A stretch of DNA of 64,000 nt, from positions 2,300 to 66,299 of the forward strand of contig JBGVCT010000008.1 of assembly GCA_045118975.1 (NCBI GenBank), read 5' to 3'. Position 1 is the stretch's first letter, and the number at the start of each line of letters is the position of its first letter. The notes beneath the pieces were generated by a model. It was not told the origin of the DNA, ran no database searches, and saw only the letters and a list, made by a program, of their open reading frames with translations. This DNA is from Bacilli bacterium. Its GTDB lineage: Bacteria; Bacillota_I; Bacilli_A; RFN20; DUOF01. Positions 52,199 to 61,533 of the stretch are shown piece after piece. A program made the translations under genes and the position numbers.

Positions 52199-53525
52199 CT
52201 TTATTCTTCCTCTTTCTTCTTTCAGCCTTTAATAATTCTAATTCCATAGCCTCATCAACATTAGATTCTTGAAGTTCACTAACAGAAATAGGCTTCTTTA
52301 CTGGTTGAGCAACAGGTTGAGTAATTGTAGCGACTTGAGGAGCCACACTAACACTATTAGCAGTTACATTACTAGAAGTAGAACTAGCTCTATTAGTCAC
52401 ATTAGAAAAATAGCTCATAGCCTCCTCAGCAGTTCTTATACCTTGCATTGATAAAGATGAAGCAATCTTCATAACATAATTGTATGGCAATCTACCATTT
52501 TGTTTAATTAAGACATAATCAATAAGAACATTAATAACTTCATTTGGTAGTTTAGAAATGATTGATAAATCCTCTAATAACTTAATGTTTTGATATGATG
52601 GTTCTTCATTATTTTGTCTAATTTTTAAATATTCAAATGGATCTACGCCTTTAAGTAATTCAACTTTTTTAGCCATACCAATTCTTTTATCTGTATATCT
52701 TTTTGTTTCTTTTGTATCCATTGTAGGTATCTTCTTATATGAATAACATTTACTTCTAAACGTATCAAAGTTAATATTTGCTTTACTTCCAACACCCTCA
52801 ATTGAAGTACTAAGAATCTCACATAGTTCAGATTCATCTAGCTTATATAAACTAGCCATAGACTTAACGAGTTCAACAAAACTAGTAGTAATTAAATTTT
52901 TCTTAATTTTCTTTTCATTTAAAGCAACTAAAAATAATGATAAAGAAAAGTTACTCTCAATTTCACTACTTCTTTTGTTTGCTAAATTTTCTCCACCTCT
53001 AATAACCTCTTGAAGAGTAGAAACATCATTAAAATCAATATCGTATACATCATTAAACTTATGAGTTATATCTGTATAATTATCATAATCAAGTGCCTCC
53101 ACCTCAAATGAGGCTTTTATTTTTTCATAACTTCTTTTAGGCATCACTTGTTTATAAAGTGTCCCATAAATCTCATGAGTAAAGAAATCTTTTGGAGTAA
53201 GTGGAGCATATAATTCATATTTATAAACTCTTAATTCTTCATTTAAATATGTCTTTAATAAACCAATACCCTCTAATTTGTTTTTATATTCTTCTAAATC
53301 CTCTAAATTACAATTCATCATCTTAGTTAGAAACTCAAATTGAAATGCACTATTTTTCTTATAGTGTTCTGCTTGAGCCCATAAATTGAAATATAAAGAA
53401 ATCGCTTCATATCCACACAAAGGTTGATATAAAAGAAGCAAACTAGTTCTATCAGCTCCACCTAATATAGACATTAAGTTTACAATGTATGAATCTTCAC
53501 TTTGCATAGTCTCTAAATTAGACAT
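52179..53525 (-). CDS. dnaB: replication initiation and membrane attachment protein (B. subtilis-type DnaB, not the helicase)
   Basis: 448 aa with a DnaB_2/DnaD-like repeated region (LLYQPLCGYEAISLYFNLW...). Position immediately upstream of and overlapping dnaI, as in Bacillota. Confidence 0.7.
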   Translation of the reverse strand: MSNLETMQSEDSYIVNLMSILGGADRTSLLLLYQPLCGYEAISLYFNLWAQAEHYKKNSAFQFEFLTKMMNCNLEDLEEYKNKLEGIGLLKTYLNEELRVYKYELYAPLTPKDFFTHEIYGTLYKQVMPKRSYEKIKASFEVEALDYDNYTDITHKFNDVYDIDFNDVSTLQEVIRGGENLANKRSSEIESNFSLSLFLVALNEKKIKKNLITTSFVELVKSMASLYKLDESELCEILSTSIEGVGSKANINFDTFRSKCYSYKKIPTMDTKETKRYTDKRIGMAKKVELLKGVDPFEYLKIRQNNEEPSYQNIKLLEDLSIISKLPNEVINVLIDYVLIKQNGRLPYNYVMKIASSLSMQGIRTAEEAMSYFSNVTNRASSTSSNVTANSVSVAPQVATITQPVAQPVKKPISVSELQESNVDEAMELELLKAERRKRKNKDGNKED

Positions 53526-53538
53526 ACCTTCACTCCCC

Positions 53539-54363
53539 CTACTTTTGGCAATTACGGCAATAATAGGTTCCCCTTCCTGCTACTACCATCTTTTCTATTT
53601 TACCCTGACACCTTAGACAATTACAGCCTTTTTTTCCATAAACTTTGTGTTCATTTTGAAAGTTACCTGTTTCATTGTTATTAAAGTGATATGTTGCAAT
53701 TGTACTTCCCTTAAGTTCAATCGCTCTATTTAAAATCTTAATACTACTATCTATAATGATTTGACATTCTTTTTTAGTAATCTTTTTTGAATTTCTTGTT
53801 GGAAATATTTTCGCATCAAACAAGACTTCATCTACATAAATATTTCCAAGTCCTGCCATTATTGTTTGATCTAACAAACATTGCTTAATAGATTTATTAA
53901 GATTGTGTAACCTATTATACAATTCTATAGGACTTATATCAAATGGTTCCTTACCTAATTTAGCAATACTTTCATCAGACATATAAGTTTCTTTATTTAC
54001 AAGTTTCATTTTTCCAAACTTTCTTACATCATGATATATTAGATATCCCCCATCTAAAACAAAAGTAATAACTTTATGCTTTCTTATATACTCATCTTCA
54101 TCATCTAAACTCTCAAGATAAAAATATTTTCCTTCCATTCTAAGGTGAGAAATAAGTGCATATTTATCTAGAATAAAAAACAAATACTTTCCATATCTAG
54201 AGACATCATTAATTCTTTGATTAATGATAGCATGCTTAAAATCTTCAAAATCAATATTCTCTAAAACATTTTTATAATGAATTATAACATCTTTTATAAT
54301 TTTATCTTTACTCCATTCAACAAGAGTTTTTCTAACCGTTTCCACCTCAGGTAATTCAGGCAT
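53539..54363 (-). CDS. mutM: formamidopyrimidine-DNA glycosylase
   Basis: MPELPEVETV N-terminus, H2TH region, and C-terminal zinc finger CLRCQGKI...YYCRNCQ. Confidence 0.95.
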   Translation of the reverse strand: MPELPEVETVRKTLVEWSKDKIIKDVIIHYKNVLENIDFEDFKHAIINQRINDVSRYGKYLFFILDKYALISHLRMEGKYFYLESLDDEDEYIRKHKVITFVLDGGYLIYHDVRKFGKMKLVNKETYMSDESIAKLGKEPFDISPIELYNRLHNLNKSIKQCLLDQTIMAGLGNIYVDEVLFDAKIFPTRNSKKITKKECQIIIDSSIKILNRAIELKGSTIATYHFNNNETGNFQNEHKVYGKKGCNCLRCQGKIEKMVVAGRGTYYCRNCQK

Positions 54364-54384
54364 ATTTTCACCTCCTTATTTAGA

Positions 54385-56925
54385 TTATTTAGCTTCGTAC
54401 CAATCTTTTCCAACACTACTTGAAGCAAGTAATCTAACTCTTAAATGACTAGCTTCTTCCATAATGTTTTTGAACACATCCACAAGATATAATTCCTCTG
54501 GATGAAGATCAAATACAAGTTCATCATGTATTTGAATTATAAGCTTACTTTTAACTTTATTATCTTCCATATATTTATGAATATTTAACATTGCAATCTT
54601 TATAATATCTGCACTTGTTCCTTGAATTGGAGTATTCATAGCAACACGCTTACCAAATTCTCTTTCGTTATAAACACTTGAATTGATTTTTCCAACTTCT
54701 CTTCTTCTTTTATATAAAGTTGTAACATATCCATTTTCTTTACAAGAAGAAACCACTTCCTCCAAATAGTTTTTAATTCCAGGAAAAGTTAAAAAATATC
54801 TTTCAATGAATAATTTAGCTTCTTTTGGAGTAATCTTAACTTGCTCTGCTAGTCCCCAATCTGAAATGCCATATACAATACCAAAATTAATAGCTTTAGC
54901 CTTTCTTCTTAAATCATCACTAATCATCTCTTTTGGAAGTCCAAAGATACTTGAAGCGGTAAGAGTATGAACATCATCTCCATCTTCAAAAATCTTAATC
55001 ATATTCTCATCATTTGACAAAGAAGCAAGAACTCTAAGTTCAACTTGAGAGTAATCTATTGAAAGAATAGAACCTCCTTCAAATCTAGAAGGAAATGCTT
55101 TTCTAATATATTTGCTTTCTTCATCTCTAACGCTAATATTTTGCATATTAGGCTCGCTTGAAGATAATCTTCCTGTTTGGGTTTGAGTTTGATTAAATTG
55201 AGGATGAATATATCCATCCTCATAAATATATCCACTAAGTCCCTCGATATAAGTAGATAGTAATTTAGCATACTTTCTATAACTTAAAATAAGCGATACA
55301 ACCTTATGCTCATGTATTAATTTTTCAAGTTCAGCTTCATTAGTGCTTCTTTTTTTATTTTCTGTTAAGCCAAGCTTATCAAATAAAACTTCTGCTACTT
55401 GTTTAGGAGAGGCAACATTAAATTCTACTCCTGCCTCTTTATAAATTTCATTTTCTAAATTATTTAGTTTGAATCTATACTCTACTCCTAAAATATCTAG
55501 TTGTTCCTTATTTATAGCAACACCATTATCTTCCATTCTAGTTAAAACATCCACTAAAGGTAGTTCAAGATTAAAATACAAATCCTTTAAATCATATTCA
55601 TTTATCTTATCTAAGACCGTTTTAAAAACTTTACTTATTGCATAACTAACATAAGCGCCATGCTTAACCTTATCCTCTTTAACACTTGGTAAAATATAAC
55701 CATAACTATTAAATATAGAATCTATGTCTTCTTTAAGATTACAATTAACTAAATTCGCAGCTATTTTAAAATCTAATCCTTTTACCCAATCATATCCTAA
55801 TTTAATAAGTGCTATTCTTAACGCTTTAAGATCATATATTATTTTTCTAGAATCGCTTGTTAAATATCTAATAGCACTACTATTAAACACATCTTCTTTA
55901 CTTAAATAATAAGTTTTTTCTCCATCACTAAATGCAACTCCCTCTAAATCAGCTTTATGATAATTAGCCTCACTAAAAACAGGATAAACGCTTAATTCCT
56001 TACTTAAAAAGTCATCATCAAGTTTACTAATAATTTCATATTCAAATTTATTTTCCTCTTTAACATTAACCCTTTTCATCAAAGAAAACATTTCATATCT
56101 TTGATAAAAATCAACAAGTTCTTGCCCAGGAGGAGTAATCAAGCAATCATCAATTCCAAAATCTAAAGGTACACTTGTATAAATAGTAGCTAGCTTTTTA
56201 CTGTTTAAAGCATCTTCTCTACCCTCGATTAATTTCTCTTTTAACTTTCCTTTTATTGAATCAATATTTTCATAAATACCTTCAATGCTCCCATAATCTT
56301 GTAGTAATTTAATCGCAGTTTTTTCTCCAACTCCAGCGATACCCTTTATATTATCACTATCATCTCCACGTAGTCCCTTATAGTCAGTAATTTGACTCTC
56401 ACTAACACCATAAAATTCCACAATATTACTAGGAGTTATAATATTAATGTCACTAATTCCCTTAACTGTTATATTAAGAGATATGTTTGAATTTACAAGT
56501 TGAAGTAAATCTCTATCTGAAGAAAAAATATCTACTTTATATCCCTTATCACTTGCCTCTTTAGCTAAAGTTCCAACAATATCATCAGCCTCATAACCAA
56601 CAATCTCAAACCACTTATATCCCATCTTTTCAATCATTTCTCTAGCAAGTGGGAATTGCATAACTAATTCTGCTGGAGCAGGTTTTCTTCCTTCTTTATA
56701 TTCTTTATATTCCTCATGTCTAAAAGTTTTTCCCTTAGCATCAAAAGCCACTAAAGCATAATCAGGAGTAGTAATCTCATACACCTTATTTAACATATTT
56801 GATAAAGCAAATATTGCATTAGTATATACTCCATCTTTAGTGTGCATAATATTTCCACTATAAGCAGTAGCGTAATATGCCCTAAAAAGAAGAGAATTAC
56901 CATCAATCAATAACACTTTTTTCAT
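54385..56925 (-). CDS. polA: DNA polymerase I
   Basis: 5'-nuclease domain (LLIDGNSLLFRAYYA, GIAGVGEKTA). Family A polymerase motifs: DYSQVELRVLA, RRKAKAINFGIVYG and QIHDELVF. Confidence 0.95.
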   Translation of the reverse strand: MKKVLLIDGNSLLFRAYYATAYSGNIMHTKDGVYTNAIFALSNMLNKVYEITTPDYALVAFDAKGKTFRHEEYKEYKEGRKPAPAELVMQFPLAREMIEKMGYKWFEIVGYEADDIVGTLAKEASDKGYKVDIFSSDRDLLQLVNSNISLNITVKGISDINIITPSNIVEFYGVSESQITDYKGLRGDDSDNIKGIAGVGEKTAIKLLQDYGSIEGIYENIDSIKGKLKEKLIEGREDALNSKKLATIYTSVPLDFGIDDCLITPPGQELVDFYQRYEMFSLMKRVNVKEENKFEYEIISKLDDDFLSKELSVYPVFSEANYHKADLEGVAFSDGEKTYYLSKEDVFNSSAIRYLTSDSRKIIYDLKALRIALIKLGYDWVKGLDFKIAANLVNCNLKEDIDSIFNSYGYILPSVKEDKVKHGAYVSYAISKVFKTVLDKINEYDLKDLYFNLELPLVDVLTRMEDNGVAINKEQLDILGVEYRFKLNNLENEIYKEAGVEFNVASPKQVAEVLFDKLGLTENKKRSTNEAELEKLIHEHKVVSLILSYRKYAKLLSTYIEGLSGYIYEDGYIHPQFNQTQTQTGRLSSSEPNMQNISVRDEESKYIRKAFPSRFEGGSILSIDYSQVELRVLASLSNDENMIKIFEDGDDVHTLTASSIFGLPKEMISDDLRRKAKAINFGIVYGISDWGLAEQVKITPKEAKLFIERYFLTFPGIKNYLEEVVSSCKENGYVTTLYKRRREVGKINSSVYNEREFGKRVAMNTPIQGTSADIIKIAMLNIHKYMEDNKVKSKLIIQIHDELVFDLHPEELYLVDVFKNIMEEASHLRVRLLASSSVGKDWYEAK

Positions 56926-56929
56926 TTAC

Positions 56930-59900
56930 TCACTCCCCAATTTTGTATTCTTTAAGTTCATTTGCAATTAAACTTATAGACTCTTTTACTTCTATTTTTC
57001 CATCAATAAGATAATATTTTCCAAAACTCATAATCTTACTAACTTCTTTATATACTCTTGGAAAAACAATCACACTAACTTCACCTATTTCATCAATAAA
57101 TGAAGTAATCGCCATTAACTCCCCGTTTTTTGTTTTAATGACTTTACTAGTTTTAAGCATACCTACCCATTTAATGTTCTTTCCATCTAATTTAGAGAAA
57201 TCCTTGCTACTAACACATCCTTGTTTTCTAAGTTTTTCCCTTTCTTTTTCAAGCGGGAATTCACTTACATAATAGCCCAACACTTCTTTCTCTAAATCAA
57301 GTTTTGCTATATCTTCACTAACTTCTATAATCTTTGGCTTATCCATAATTTCAAAATCAAAACTAACTTGGCCATCCTCTACATACCCAAACATTGAAGC
57401 ATATTTTAATAACTTATCTAAGTTAGCCTTATATGTAGCCCTATTCAATCCAAACTCATCTAAAGCACCCGCATCAATTAAAGCTATATATTGTGATTCA
57501 CTAAGTTTGTGATTACTCATTCTCAATATAAAATCACTATAATCACTAAATTGCTTTTTACTTGCCTCTTCTATAATTGCCTTACTCGAAACACTATTTA
57601 ATCCCTTAATATGAGCAAGACCATATAGAATTTCATCTTCCTTATTACTTTTGAAAACTAACTCACTATGATTAACACTAGGAAGAAGCAATTTAATACC
57701 ATTCTCTTTTGCCTCAGTTGCATACTCATTAAATTTATTTGAGAAAGTAAATGACTCCATAGCACAAGCATAGAAAACAGATGGATAATATTTTTTCAAA
57801 TAAGTCATGTACATACTAATAATGGTATAAGAGACACTATGGGCTTTATTAAATCCATAGCTTGCAAACTTACTGACTAATTCATACACCTCATTAGCCT
57901 TTTTCTCACTATGTCCATTATTTAAACAAGAAGCAATAAACTCTTCTTTAACCTCTTTCATCTTTTCATGATCTTTTTTAGACATAGCTCTTCTTAAAAT
58001 GTCTGCCTTAGCTAATGATAATCCAGCAAACTTATATGCTATTTGTAATATTTGTTCTTGGTAGACAATGATACCATATGTAGACCTTAAAATATCCTTT
58101 AAAGAATCATCAATATAATCAACTTTTTTACCATGTCTTCTTTCGTTAAATTCACCTATAAATTCTCTAGGACCTGGTCTATATAAAGCCAAAACATTAC
58201 ACACATCAATAAAACTTTCTGGTCTAATTGTCTTAAGCGTTTTTCTCATTCCTTCGCTTTCAAATTGAAATATTCCACTAGTCTTAGCATTAGCTAATAA
58301 CTCATATAGTTTTTTATCATCTAAATCAATCTTGTTTAAATCAATCGTTACTCCATAAACTCTTTTAATTTCTTTTAAACAATCATCAATAATCGTTAGA
58401 TTCCTAAGACCTAACAAGTCCATTTTAAGTAACCCTAAACTTTCAACATAATTCATGTCATATTGGATTATTAAATCTTTGTTATTGTTAGAAAAAGTTG
58501 GAACTACATCTTCTAAATCATATTCACTTAAAACAACACCAGCTGCATGAATAGATGTTTGTCTTGGTAAATCCTCTATAACTAAAGCACTTTTATAAAC
58601 ATCCAAATATTTATCATCGCTGTGAATAAACTCATTAAATTCCTCACTCAATTTAGTCATATCTTCTAATGATGCATCATATGGACACTTATGAGCCTTC
58701 TTAGATATAGCTTCCACATCTGCTCTTGATAAACCTAAAACTTTTGCACAATCTCTTAAGGCTTGCTTACTAGAAAGAGTTGAAAAAGTAACAATATTAG
58801 CAACTTTTTTATACCCATATTTTTCCTTTAAATAATTAACAACATCTTCTCTTTTATTATCTTGAAAGTCAATATCAATATCCGGCATGGTTTTTCTTTC
58901 TTTATTCAAAAATCTCTCAAATAACAAATCATATTCCATTGGATTAACACTTGTTATACCAAGGCAATAAGAAACCAAACTTGAAGCTGCACTACCTCTA
59001 CCTGGTCCCACTAAAATCCCATGTTCTTTTGCAAACTTAACATAATCATAAACAACCAAGAAATAATCAGCAAATCCCATATCAAAAATAACAGACAACT
59101 CTTCATTAACTCTGTCTACATACTCTTTGTTTTTAATGTATTGCTTATTTCTTTTTTCAAGTCCTTTGTAAACCAAATTCTTCAAGTACTCTTTTGAATC
59201 TATCTTAAGAGGATTTTCATACTTTGCTAATTTCAACTCTTCTTTTTTGAATTCAAAGTTACATTCACCTGCTATTTTAAATACATTATCTATTTCATTA
59301 TCACTAAATGAACATTCACTCTCAAAAGAAGCATACTCAAATTCTCTCTTTCTTGCATATCCCAAAATTGTATTTGTTCCAATAGCATTTAATAGTTCTA
59401 TATATTCAAGTTCATCATCATTTCTTGAAACAATATTATTGAAAGCAACCATTTCAAATCCTAATGTATCAACATATGAATTTAATAAATAGCATGCTTC
59501 AATATTATATAGTTCCTTACCAACATAAAAACCATCAACATATAATTTATTTAACTCTTCTAAAAGAGGCAGTATCTTTTCTTTGTTCATTGATTTAAAT
59601 GCTCTATAAGAAGGAACTACACATATTAAATCCTCACTGTATGTTTTTAATTTATCAATAGTCAAAAATGCATCTTTTGAAGAATTTTTGTAACTAGTTA
59701 ACTTAACTAAATTCTTATAACCAATTTCACCCTTTGCAAGTAAACATACGATGAAATCTTCAACATCAAATTCAACACCAATGATAGGTTTAATATTGTT
59801 TGATTTACACCCATCATAAAATGTTTTAACACCAAACATCACATTTTTATCAACAAGGGCAAGAGAGGTAAATTTATTTTCCTTAGCATAAGAGAGTAAT

Positions 59901-59965
59901 TTATCTATCCTTAAAGTACTAGATAAAAAACTATATCCACTTTTTACACACAATTCACATTTCAT
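56930..59965 (-). CDS. dnaE: DNA polymerase III alpha subunit, DnaE type
   Basis: 1011 aa. PHP N-terminus, GPGRGSAASSLVSYCLGIT, PDIDIDF, HAAGVV and a C-terminal OB-fold region. Confidence 0.95.
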   Translation of the reverse strand: MKCELCVKSGYSFLSSTLRIDKLLSYAKENKFTSLALVDKNVMFGVKTFYDGCKSNNIKPIIGVEFDVEDFIVCLLAKGEIGYKNLVKLTSYKNSSKDAFLTIDKLKTYSEDLICVVPSYRAFKSMNKEKILPLLEELNKLYVDGFYVGKELYNIEACYLLNSYVDTLGFEMVAFNNIVSRNDDELEYIELLNAIGTNTILGYARKREFEYASFESECSFSDNEIDNVFKIAGECNFEFKKEELKLAKYENPLKIDSKEYLKNLVYKGLEKRNKQYIKNKEYVDRVNEELSVIFDMGFADYFLVVYDYVKFAKEHGILVGPGRGSAASSLVSYCLGITSVNPMEYDLLFERFLNKERKTMPDIDIDFQDNKREDVVNYLKEKYGYKKVANIVTFSTLSSKQALRDCAKVLGLSRADVEAISKKAHKCPYDASLEDMTKLSEEFNEFIHSDDKYLDVYKSALVIEDLPRQTSIHAAGVVLSEYDLEDVVPTFSNNNKDLIIQYDMNYVESLGLLKMDLLGLRNLTIIDDCLKEIKRVYGVTIDLNKIDLDDKKLYELLANAKTSGIFQFESEGMRKTLKTIRPESFIDVCNVLALYRPGPREFIGEFNERRHGKKVDYIDDSLKDILRSTYGIIVYQEQILQIAYKFAGLSLAKADILRRAMSKKDHEKMKEVKEEFIASCLNNGHSEKKANEVYELVSKFASYGFNKAHSVSYTIISMYMTYLKKYYPSVFYACAMESFTFSNKFNEYATEAKENGIKLLLPSVNHSELVFKSNKEDEILYGLAHIKGLNSVSSKAIIEEASKKQFSDYSDFILRMSNHKLSESQYIALIDAGALDEFGLNRATYKANLDKLLKYASMFGYVEDGQVSFDFEIMDKPKIIEVSEDIAKLDLEKEVLGYYVSEFPLEKEREKLRKQGCVSSKDFSKLDGKNIKWVGMLKTSKVIKTKNGELMAITSFIDEIGEVSVIVFPRVYKEVSKIMSFGKYYLIDGKIEVKESISLIANELKEYKIGE

Positions 59966-59989
59966 CTAGTACACCCCTTTTCTTATATA

Positions 59990-60856
59990 TTATCTTTTCT
60001 TTATAAATCCATTTTGTTTCATGCTTGCTTCATAAGCCACAATTGTAGTAGCTATAGCAACATTAAGCGAATCACATTGCCCAAGCATCGGTATTGAAAG
60101 CATATTATATTTACCTTCATACCATGGTTTTGTAATACCATATCTTTCGCTTCCCATAATGATAGCCACTCTACCAGCATAGTCATATTCAAAGTAATGC
60201 TTTTCTGCCCTAGTATCAGCTAAATATATTTCAAAATTCTTTTTTCTTAGCCAATCTCTACACTCTTCAACTGTAGGGAATTCTACAACAGGGATAGTAA
60301 ACGCAGCACCCATACTACCTTTTATAATCTTAGGATGAGTAATTCTAGCCCTTCTATTACAAATAAATACCCCATCGATTTTAGCACCATCACAAGTTCT
60401 TAAAATTGTACCAACATTTCCTGGAATCTCAAGACCATCCAAAACAATGATAATATTGTCCTTTTTAAGAGGAATATCATCTAATGAAGCTAGAGGAAAC
60501 TTACAAATAGAAATCATTCCTTTTGGATCATCTTTTTCACATATCTTCATAAATGTTTTTAATGATACACAATAAGTTTTCTTAGCAAGTTTGAAAAATT
60601 CCTCAACTAAATTCATGCCCTCGTGACTAGTGATAATTTCTTCACAAAAAATAAATGAATCAACTTCCAATCCATTATTAAGGGCTTTTTGATGCGCCCA
60701 AATACCATCAATTACAAATAAATGATTTTTATTAGGCTTTGTATTATTAATCAAAGCAACAACTTCTTTTATCTTCCCATTTTGTGCTCCTATAAACTCA
60801 ATATCATGTTTATGAGCTTCCATAAAATCTCTTAATCTGTTTTCTACACTTTCCAT
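59990..60856 (-). CDS. TrmH/SpoU-family RNA methyltransferase with an N-terminal extension
   Basis: SPOUT motifs LEIPGNVGTILRTCDG, IIMGSERYGI and SLNVAIATTIVAYE. Confidence 0.8.
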   Translation of the reverse strand: MESVENRLRDFMEAHKHDIEFIGAQNGKIKEVVALINNTKPNKNHLFVIDGIWAHQKALNNGLEVDSFIFCEEIITSHEGMNLVEEFFKLAKKTYCVSLKTFMKICEKDDPKGMISICKFPLASLDDIPLKKDNIIIVLDGLEIPGNVGTILRTCDGAKIDGVFICNRRARITHPKIIKGSMGAAFTIPVVEFPTVEECRDWLRKKNFEIYLADTRAEKHYFEYDYAGRVAIIMGSERYGITKPWYEGKYNMLSIPMLGQCDSLNVAIATTIVAYEASMKQNGFIKKR

Positions 60857-60926
60857 TAAATTTCACCACGATTTTATTGTATAACAATAAACTATATTTT
60901 TCCACACATAATCACCATTAAGACAA

Positions 60927-60956
60927 TAAAAAAACTCAGCTTTTTTTAGCTGAGTC
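60927..60956 (-). terminator. intrinsic terminator ending the deaminase-fusion operon
   Basis: Stem ACTCAGC/GCTGAGT (60934-60940 / 60949-60955), followed on the minus strand by a T7 run. It lies 6 nt after the stop at 60962. Confidence 0.75.
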
Positions 60957-60961
60957 AAAAA

Positions 60962-61522
60962 CTATCTTTTGTTTGACGTTTTTAAATCAAACTTTTTTAC
61001 AGCTTCTTCTACTCTTCCTGCCATAAAACCTTTAAATTCATCATATCTTGAGTGATATCTTGTATAATCCGCAAAATATATATGTTTAAAATCATTATTT
61101 ATAAGAGAAATCACAGGAAGTGAACCTGCTCCAACCTTACATGTTGGCTTACACAGAACCTTTTTATCATCCACACTTAAAATATATACTCCTGGTTTTA
61201 ATAACGATGGAGCATCATCTAAAGGTTCATCTTTAGGTTTAGCCACATATACTGTACTTCCTTCTAATTTAACTTGAACAAGTTCATAATTTTCATCATT
61301 CAAGTACTGCATGAAAGCACTATTGAAAACCTCTGAATCTACAGTAAGGGCAGACTCTAATTCGCTTTTAAGAGAATCTAGTTCTTCTTTTTTTTCTTCC
61401 AACTCTTTTCCATATCTACTAGCAGCATAATCACTATCATAGACATGTTGCGTTAAAGAATTAACCTCATAAACCAAATCCTTAATTCTCTTTAATGTAT
61501 CCATATATTGTTTTTGTTTCAT
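60962..61522 (-). CDS. hypothetical protein: N-terminal coiled coil + beta-rich C-terminal domain (partner of the deaminase fusion)
   Basis: Start taken at the ATG after GAGGTG (MKQKQYMDTL...). Heptad-like acidic region GKELEEKKEELDSLKSELESAL. No recognised motif. It begins 11 nt or less after the upstream stop. Confidence 0.5.
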   Translation of the reverse strand: MKQKQYMDTLKRIKDLVYEVNSLTQHVYDSDYAASRYGKELEEKKEELDSLKSELESALTVDSEVFNSAFMQYLNDENYELVQVKLEGSTVYVAKPKDEPLDDAPSLLKPGVYILSVDDKKVLCKPTCKVGAGSLPVISLINNDFKHIYFADYTRYHSRYDEFKGFMAGRVEEAVKKFDLKTSNKR

Positions 61523-61533
61523 AAATCTCACCT

